Shown: in pieces, positions 27,100-32,775 of the stretch
Layout: every line of letters begins with the position of its first letter
How positions within the stretch are numbered: position 1 is the first letter of the stretch
DNA from: Pedosphaera sp.
GTDB lineage: Bacteria; Verrucomicrobiota; Verrucomicrobiia; Limisphaerales; SIBH01
Direction: 5' to 3'
NCBI GenBank assembly: GCA_031414955.1
Contig: JANOQV010000180.1
Location: 1 to 32,775 of the forward strand
Length of the DNA: 32,775 bases
Made by a program: the position numbers and the translations under genes
Notes under the pieces: generated by a model
Seen by the model: only the letters and a program-made list of their open reading frames with translations
What the model was told of the DNA's origin: nothing
Database searches by the model: none

Positions 27100-29082
27100 A
27101 TGCCCAAACTCATACTCTACTCGGTCTGCACTCTCGCGGTGATCATTCTCGGTTTGATCACGGTGAGCCACTATCGGCAGTTTAACAAAGCCAACGAGCG
27201 CCGCACCGAAACGCTGGCGCGAGCGGTAGCTGGTGGAGCCAATACGGTGGAAACCGCAAGCATGGCCGTCGAAGTCGCGCAGACCAAGGCCATCCCAACC
27301 AACACCGCCGCGGTGAAACGCAACTTGCCCGACGACCCCGCCAAGGTCACACGCGCATTGTCTCGCAGCTACACCCGCATGGTAAAATACGGCTTGGCGT
27401 TGCTCCTTTTCTTCCTCGTTCTGGCTTCATTGATTTTCCATGACGTGGCGCATTTCATCGGTAGTGAAGCGCGCAGGGTCAAAAAACGCGTTCCTACCAG
27501 TCGGAATGAGTTGGGGACCGGGGACGACGTGGAGCGTCGCCCAGCAGCCGGGCCTGAGCCGACGGCTCCGCCAGACACCGCTGCGCCCGAGACCGGATCT
27601 CTGGGACATGGACCGAGCCATAGACCCGAGGCCCACGACTGGCGCCTGACCGTGTTCTGCACCGTGTTCTCGCTGGCCATGCTGTTTCATTTCGCCAAAC
27701 CCAGCACAGGGATCACGTCGCCAGCCAGCGCCCTTCTCTTCGGGGCTGCGGTTCTCTTGCTCTTTCGCCCCTCGGTGGGGCCGCTCCTGCTGACCTGTGC
27801 GGCCCAACTCATCGACGGATATCTACGGAGCCCCAACCAGCATGCCAGCGAGTACTTCACGTCGATCGTTTGCGCGACGATCCTGCTTGCGGCCGGCCTG
27901 ACTCGGCAATTCTCTCGTCATTCCAGACCGGCCCCGGATGTCTTCCTTGCCGAGTGCTGTGCCGTCATCAGGTTGGAGCTTGTGCTCCTGATGTTCGCGG
28001 CGGTGTTCCACAAGCTCAATGTTGACTTCTTTAACCCCTCAACGACCGAAGCCACGTACGTTTTTGGGAACCTCGGCATCTCCAATGTTCCGCTGCTGGC
28101 CGCCCTAAGCCCGTATTTGACCTTGATCACCGAGGGTGCCATCTGCCTGGGCCTCTGCCTGCGCCGGACCAGCCACTGGGCCATCTTCCTCTTGCTTGGG
28201 ATGTGGCTCGTCATCGGGTTTGCCCGGATCTTTCAGTTTTCCTCGATCCTCTACCTCGCGGCCTTCGCCTGCATGAGCGCGAAGCCGGCTGCGGGATCAG
28301 GCGTGGCTTGGAACTTTATCCGGCGGGTCCGCGCGGCCCACCTGGGCTGGGCGGGGCAGACGATGCGACTCCTGCTCGTCGTTTACTTTCTCGCCGCGGC
28401 GCTCTTTCCGACGACGCTGGTCCTCACCTGCCGCTTGGTCTGGCTGCTTTACGGAGTCATCTTCATCGCCCTCACGATGATGTGGTCGCGAACCACGGGT
28501 TCCTTGGTTGACCAGGGGCCACTGCTGCCGGCTCGATGGCAGTATCGACTGCTGGTGGTGGTGTTCTGCGTGCTGGAAGCCGGAACCTACGCGGGATATC
28601 GAGCCTGGCCATCGTTCCGGATGTACAGCAATCTTCGCGTAGAATGCGCGTCGAATCATTTCTTGATCCCTCAGGCGATTCTGCGACCGCCCCGCCGCCA
28701 CGACCTCGTGTGGCTGTCGGCGGACACGCTGGCCAAGCTGTCGCCCTACGGCCGGGGAAGATGGTTCGTTGTTAATGGGCGAAATGAGCTTCCTGGTGCG
28801 TTCATCCGTTACGCGGATCTGATGGCGACGATTGCGGCAGATGCTCCTGGGGGCGACTTTCGGCCCTGGATGCCTTGGGCCTCTCGGGAATTCCCTGGCT
28901 CCATTGATTCCCGGCATCTCATCCTCGATTACACGACAGCCAGCGGCGAGAAGCGGCGTGAAGATGCACAGTCGGCGGTCACGCGCTGGTCACGCGAGAG
29001 GCGTCTTGAGGCTGTGTTTCTGTCGCGCTTCTTCTGGCAAGGCTTTCTGTCAAAGGAAAGCGAGCCTTGCCTCCGACGGTGA
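27100..29082 (+). CDS. Polytopic membrane protein with an HTTM-like domain and an unrelated N-terminal two-TM module
   Basis: Many hydrophobic helices. FAAVFHKLNVDFFNP and SFRMYSNLRVECASNHFLIP resemble HTTM-type proteins. A Pro/Thr/Gly-rich linker separates the two parts. Confidence 0.7.
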   Translation: MPKLILYSVCTLAVIILGLITVSHYRQFNKANERRTETLARAVAGGANTVETASMAVEVAQTKAIPTNTAAVKRNLPDDPAKVTRALSRSYTRMVKYGLALLLFFLVLASLIFHDVAHFIGSEARRVKKRVPTSRNELGTGDDVERRPAAGPEPTAPPDTAAPETGSLGHGPSHRPEAHDWRLTVFCTVFSLAMLFHFAKPSTGITSPASALLFGAAVLLLFRPSVGPLLLTCAAQLIDGYLRSPNQHASEYFTSIVCATILLAAGLTRQFSRHSRPAPDVFLAECCAVIRLELVLLMFAAVFHKLNVDFFNPSTTEATYVFGNLGISNVPLLAALSPYLTLITEGAICLGLCLRRTSHWAIFLLLGMWLVIGFARIFQFSSILYLAAFACMSAKPAAGSGVAWNFIRRVRAAHLGWAGQTMRLLLVVYFLAAALFPTTLVLTCRLVWLLYGVIFIALTMMWSRTTGSLVDQGPLLPARWQYRLLVVVFCVLEAGTYAGYRAWPSFRMYSNLRVECASNHFLIPQAILRPPRRHDLVWLSADTLAKLSPYGRGRWFVVNGRNELPGAFIRYADLMATIAADAPGGDFRPWMPWASREFPGSIDSRHLILDYTTASGEKRREDAQSAVTRWSRERRLEAVFLSRFFWQGFLSKESEPCLRR

Positions 29083-29452
29083 GAAGCCGCGTTGGAACAG
29101 ATCGTGAAGGGGGCACCCATCAGCGTGAGCAATCAGGGGGGGATATTTCCGTCGGCCAGCTTTTCCTTTCTTAAGTTGGACCAACAACACGAGGGGTTGA
29201 GCTGGGTGCGGCGGAAGGTGAGGGTGCAGACGCTGCGCCACGGGCGGGTGCAGCGGGTGCCCGCCACTCCCAAGCGGACGCCGCCCAGTCGGGACGACGC
29301 GCGCGCCACTTCGGTTTACAAGGTCTTGCGCCCCGGCGATGCCTTGCTCGCGTAACCAGTCCTCCATTGTTTTTGTGCGAGCCCGGAACCTCGACTCGAC
29401 GAGCGAGCCCCACAGTCCTTGTCAGAAGCTTGCAACCGGTCCTTAATTGGTC

Positions 29453-29872
29453 GTGCAACTGCAAGACGCGAGCGCGGATGGCCCGCTCATCCTTTTCGAC
29501 GGCGTGTGCCATCTATGCCAGGGTTTCGTTCAATTCATCTTGGCGCGAGATCCCAAGGCCCAGTTTCGCTTTGCCTCACTGCAATCACCAATCGCAAGGC
29601 ACCTGCTGGCCGCCTGCGGGGCCGAGGCGCAAGATCTGAACAGCGTGGTCTTGATGGCCGAAGGCCGGGCCTACACGAAGAGTGACGCGGCCCTGCGGAT
29701 CGCGGCCCGGCTCAGCGGGCCGTGGCCGGTGCTCAAAGCATTTCTGCTCGTCCCTCGGCCGATCCGCGACTGGGTCTATGATCGCGTGGCGGGGAACCGT
29801 TACCGCTGGTTTGGAAAAAGCTCCGCCTGCCTGATTCCCACGCCGGAATTGCGCCACCGTTTTCTGTCCTGA
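29453..29872 (+). CDS. DCC1-like thiol-disulfide oxidoreductase (DUF393/YuxK)
   Basis: ILFDGVCHLC (DxxCxxC), FRFASLQS, KSDAALRI, RDWVYDRVAGNRYRWFGK...C..P...RF. Start at GTG 29453 or TTG 29447. Confidence 0.93.
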   Translation: MQLQDASADGPLILFDGVCHLCQGFVQFILARDPKAQFRFASLQSPIARHLLAACGAEAQDLNSVVLMAEGRAYTKSDAALRIAARLSGPWPVLKAFLLVPRPIRDWVYDRVAGNRYRWFGKSSACLIPTPELRHRFLS

Positions 29873-29893
29873 ATACCCCGAAAATACCCGCGC

Positions 29894-30190
29894 TTTCTCA
29901 CCGCCGACGGGCGGCACCTCGCGACGATGAATTACGAGGACCATCCGGCGGCCTTGAGTGCGCGGTTGCCGCGCGGAATGGAGTTGGATTCCCGGCAGGC
30001 CGGACGTTCGTCAGCATGGTCGGGTTCACGTTCCTGAACACGAGACTGCTCGGCCTGCCCGTGCCCTTCCCTCGGCACTTCGAGGGGGGCAATCTGCGCT
30101 TCTGCGCGCGACGCCAGGGGGAGGAAGGCTCGCGTCGTGGCGCCGCTTTGGGGAAGGAGATTGTGCGGCGGCGGGCCATCGCCATCATCA
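29894..30190 (+). pseudogene. DUF2071 (YqjF-like) remnant, frameshifted and 3'-truncated
   Basis: One frame reads FLTADGRHLATMNYE..PAAL..RLPRGMELD. After a frameshift near 29997 another frame reads GRTFVSMVGFTFLNTRLLGLPVPFPRHFEGGNLRF...KEIVRRRAIA. No start codon; the similarity runs into the convergent gene. Confidence 0.8.
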
Positions 30191-30640
30191 CCATAGAAAC
30201 GACTTCTGCTCGGCGACGATGTTGGTGCCGTTGCGGAGCGTGGCCCGCCAGGAGATCAACTCGCCGAAGTCCTTGTACTTTTCGCCACTCAGGATCAGCG
30301 GAGTCCATTGGCTGAAGGAGCCGGCTTTCAAAGGCTGCTCCAGCAAGTTTGTGGTCGGCTGGTTGCCCTTCATGCCTTTGGCTTCAACGCGCAGGTTGAG
30401 CTGGTCGTGGTCGAAGTAGTTCGCTTTCCACTGCACGTCGAAGCGGAGGGCGGAGCGTTTTGACGGGCTGCCGCGCAACTCGACCTGGTAAGCATCCCGG
30501 TCAAAGAGGCTTGGGTTCTTGGTCGCGCGGCCCTGCTCGTCCAGAAAGTGCGGCAGCACCTTGAGGACTTGGGCGGATTGCGGGTTCGCGAGAACCGCGA
30601 ACGCAAGCGTGATTAAAACTGACAGGCCGGGCCAACGCAC
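30188..30640 (-). CDS. Exported conserved hypothetical protein
   Basis: Signal-peptide-like N-terminus, then VLKVLPHFLD...PSLFDRDAYQ...W...VAEQKSFLW. Host-like codon usage; predicted promoter directly upstream. Confidence 0.8.
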   Translation of the reverse strand: MRWPGLSVLITLAFAVLANPQSAQVLKVLPHFLDEQGRATKNPSLFDRDAYQVELRGSPSKRSALRFDVQWKANYFDHDQLNLRVEAKGMKGNQPTTNLLEQPLKAGSFSQWTPLILSGEKYKDFGELISWRATLRNGTNIVAEQKSFLW

Positions 30641-30646
30641 GGGCGG

Positions 30647-30675
30647 AGGTTAATGAGCCAGGCCAGGAGATTCAA
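30647..30675 (-). promoter_or_regulatory. Putative sigma70 promoter, leaderless
   Basis: Minus strand TTGAAT (30675-30670), 17-bp spacer, TAACCT (30652-30647), then 6 nt to the GTG at 30640. Confidence 0.55.
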
Positions 30676-30697
30676 TGGGAATGGTGCCTCGACAGGG

Positions 30698-30768
30698 TTT
30701 GAATTTGGAACCAAGGCCCACGAAAAAAACTGTTCCCTGTTCGTTTCCTGAGTTCCTGACTTCCAAAT
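30698..30768. repeat. Palindromic intergenic element, copy 2 (same family as 1241-1313)
   Basis: TTTGAATTTGGAAC ... TTCCTGAGTTCCTGACTTCCAAAT. Confidence 0.7.
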
Positions 30769-30845
30769 GCATGGCTTCTGAACTCAACGCAAGTTCCGGC
30801 GCGAAACGGCTTTCCAGACGGAAGGAAACCGACTAAGGCTAGCCC

Positions 30846-32630
30846 GTGCCAGAGAGCGCGCAGGAAGGAGAAAAGATTTTGCGGGGTATCGCCGTGTCCC
30901 AGGGCGTTTGCCGCGGCCGCATCCTCGTGCTGACGGGCAACCGCGTCGATTCCATTCCGCGCCACACCATTGCGGAGGACGCGGCCCCGATCGAAATGAA
31001 GCGGCTCGAGCAGGCGATCATCGAGACGCGCCGCCAGTTGCTGGCCGTGCAGGAAAAGGTCAGCACGGGCATGGGGGCCAAAGATGCCACCATTTTCGAC
31101 GCCCATCTGATGGTCCTCGACGATCCAACCCTCATCGCCGAGGTGAGCCGCCTCGTCAGCCAGGAGAAGGTCAACATCGAATACGCCCTTGCGCAGACCG
31201 CGGAACGGTATGCCAAGACCATCGAGGCAATTAACGACGAGTATTTGCGCGAGCGGGCCGGCGACGTGCGCGATGTGACCGAGCGTTTGCTGCAAAACCT
31301 TCTCGGCACCTACCAGGAACTCGACCTCAAGCACCTCAAGGAACCCTGCATCATCGTGGCCCACGAGCTGACCCCCTCGGCCACGGCGATGCTGGACAAG
31401 AAGAACGTGCTGGGCTTTGCCACCGCGGTGGGCGGCAAGACCTCCCACACCGCGATCATGGCGCGCTCGCTGCGCCTCCCGGCGGTGGTGGGGCTGGGCA
31501 AGGACGGCGGGGCTTTGCGCGACGGCCAGTACGCGTTGCTGGATGGTTATCACGGACTGCTCATTCTCAATCCCACCGACCAGACGCTCTTCGAATACGG
31601 GCAACTGGTGCGTCGCCGGGGCAGCTTGGAGGAAAAGCTTCGCGACACCATCGGCCAGCCGGCGGTGACGCTCGATGGGGTGCGAGTGACGCTCTCAGCC
31701 AACATCGAGCAGGCCGCCGACGCGGACGCAGTGAAGGCCAACGGGGCCGAGGGCGTGGGGTTGTTCCGCACTGAATATCTTTTCCTGAACAGCGAAACGC
31801 TCCCGACTGAGGAAGAGCAGTACATGGCCTACCGCGCAGCGGCGGCGGCACTCCAGCCTGCGCCCGTCATCATCCGGACGCTCGATCTGGGCGGCGACAA
31901 ATTCATGTCGCACCTGAACGTGCCGGCGGAAATGAATCCCTTCCTCGGCTGGCGCGCGATCCGGCTGTGCCTTGAGGAGAAGGAAGTCTTTCGCACCCAG
32001 CTTCGCGCCATCCTCCGCGCCAGCGTCGAAGGGAACATCAAGATGATGTATCCCATGATCTCCGGCCTCAAAGAGCTGACCCAGGCCAACGCTTTGCTCG
32101 CCCAGTACAAGACCGAGTTGCACTGCGAAGGCATCGCCTACGACGACCAAATGGAAGTCGGCGCGATGATTGAAATCCCCGCCGCCGCCGTCGCCGCCGA
32201 GTCCCTCGGACGCTACGTGAAGTTCTTCAGCATCGGCACCAACGACCTCATCCAATACACGCTCGCCGTGGATCGCTTGAACGAGCGCATCGCCCATCTC
32301 TACGAGCCGACCCATCCCGCCATCGTCCGCCTCATCAAGATGACCGCCGACGCCGGCCGCACGAACGGCATCTGGACGGGTGTCTGCGGCGAGATGGCCG
32401 GCGACCCGCTCTTCACCCCGCTCCTGATCGGTCTCGGCGTGACGGAACTCAGCGTCGCTCCCGGCATCGTGCCGCAGATCAAATTCCTGATCCGCCGCTT
32501 GAAAATGGACGAGGCGCGCGGCCTGGCGGAGTTCGCCCTGCACTGCGAAAGCAGCGATGAAATTCTGACCCGTTGCCACCAGCTCGTCCGCCAGATCGCT
32601 CCCAGCCTGCTCGACGATCTTCGTCCCTGA
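30846..32630 (+). CDS. ptsI: Phosphoenolpyruvate-protein phosphotransferase (PTS enzyme I)
   Basis: [23 protein letters not shown] (phospho-His), [49 protein letters not shown]. No N-terminal GAF domain. Confidence 0.96.
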   Translation: MPESAQEGEKILRGIAVSQGVCRGRILVLTGNRVDSIPRHTIAEDAAPIEMKRLEQAIIETRRQLLAVQEKVSTGMGAKDATIFDAHLMVLDDPTLIAEVSRLVSQEKVNIEYALAQTAERYAKTIEAINDEYLRERAGDVRDVTERLLQNLLGTYQELDLKHLKEPCIIVAHELTPSATAMLDKKNVLGFATAVGGKTSHTAIMARSLRLPAVVGLGKDGGALRDGQYALLDGYHGLLILNPTDQTLFEYGQLVRRRGSLEEKLRDTIGQPAVTLDGVRVTLSANIEQAADADAVKANGAEGVGLFRTEYLFLNSETLPTEEEQYMAYRAAAAALQPAPVIIRTLDLGGDKFMSHLNVPAEMNPFLGWRAIRLCLEEKEVFRTQLRAILRASVEGNIKMMYPMISGLKELTQANALLAQYKTELHCEGIAYDDQMEVGAMIEIPAAAVAAESLGRYVKFFSIGTNDLIQYTLAVDRLNERIAHLYEPTHPAIVRLIKMTADAGRTNGIWTGVCGEMAGDPLFTPLLIGLGVTELSVAPGIVPQIKFLIRRLKMDEARGLAEFALHCESSDEILTRCHQLVRQIAPSLLDDLRP

Positions 32631-32668
32631 ACCCGGACGAATCCATTTCCCTACGAACCACTGAACCT

Positions 32669-32775
32669 ATGAAAGTCATCATCCTCGCCGCCGGCTACGC
32701 CACCCGTCTCTACCCCCTCACCCTCACCCGCGCCAAGCCGCTCCTCCCGGTCGCGGGCAAGCCGATGATCGACTT
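32669..32775 (+). CDS. Sugar-phosphate nucleotidyltransferase family protein (5' partial, runs off the window)
   Basis: [35 protein letters not shown], the NTP-transferase signature. Confidence 0.9.
   Translation, partial: MKVIILAAGYATRLYPLTLTRAKPLLPVAGKPMID

Noticed and set aside
29092..29355. 87-aa ORF as an intact gene
   Set aside because: TTG start, no RBS and no recognisable domain; kept only as a possible remnant in the findings.

Overview
High-GC bacterial chromosomal segment, most likely Verrucomicrobiota (Pedosphaerales-like). This is inferred from PVC-specific families: a DUF1549/DUF1553 + DUF1501 pair, a PVC-type heme-binding CxxCH protein and PVC-style intergenic repeats. The housekeeping/metabolic backbone is nrdR, a conserved hypothetical, HIT, FKBP, a DAGK-family kinase, gmhB-kdsB-pyrG, xylA, a squalene-hopene-cyclase-like terpene cyclase, a PQQ-repeat propeller, a large DUF1080-SGNH-propeller-cytochrome c protein, a CBM48 protein, a partial sugar ABC cassette with a Kelch/NanM-like gene, an HTTM-like membrane protein, DCC1, a DUF2071 pseudogene, ptsI and the start of a nucleotidyltransferase. 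Two accessory two-gene modules flank the DUF1501 gene. (1) A TcmP-family SAM-binding protein is translationally coupled to a COG1533/SplB-like radical SAM enzyme instead of its usual DUF5131 partner; this is a candidate nucleic-acid modification or defence system. (2) A small protein plus an ADP-ribosyltransferase-fold-like protein, with their own predicted leaderless promoter, sit antisense inside the DUF1553-DUF1501 operon; this is a candidate toxin-antitoxin pair. Several palindromic or heptamer repeats lie in frame inside protein-coding genes. No rRNA, tRNA, CRISPR array or transposase was seen. All family assignments come from motif recognition by eye; no database search was run.
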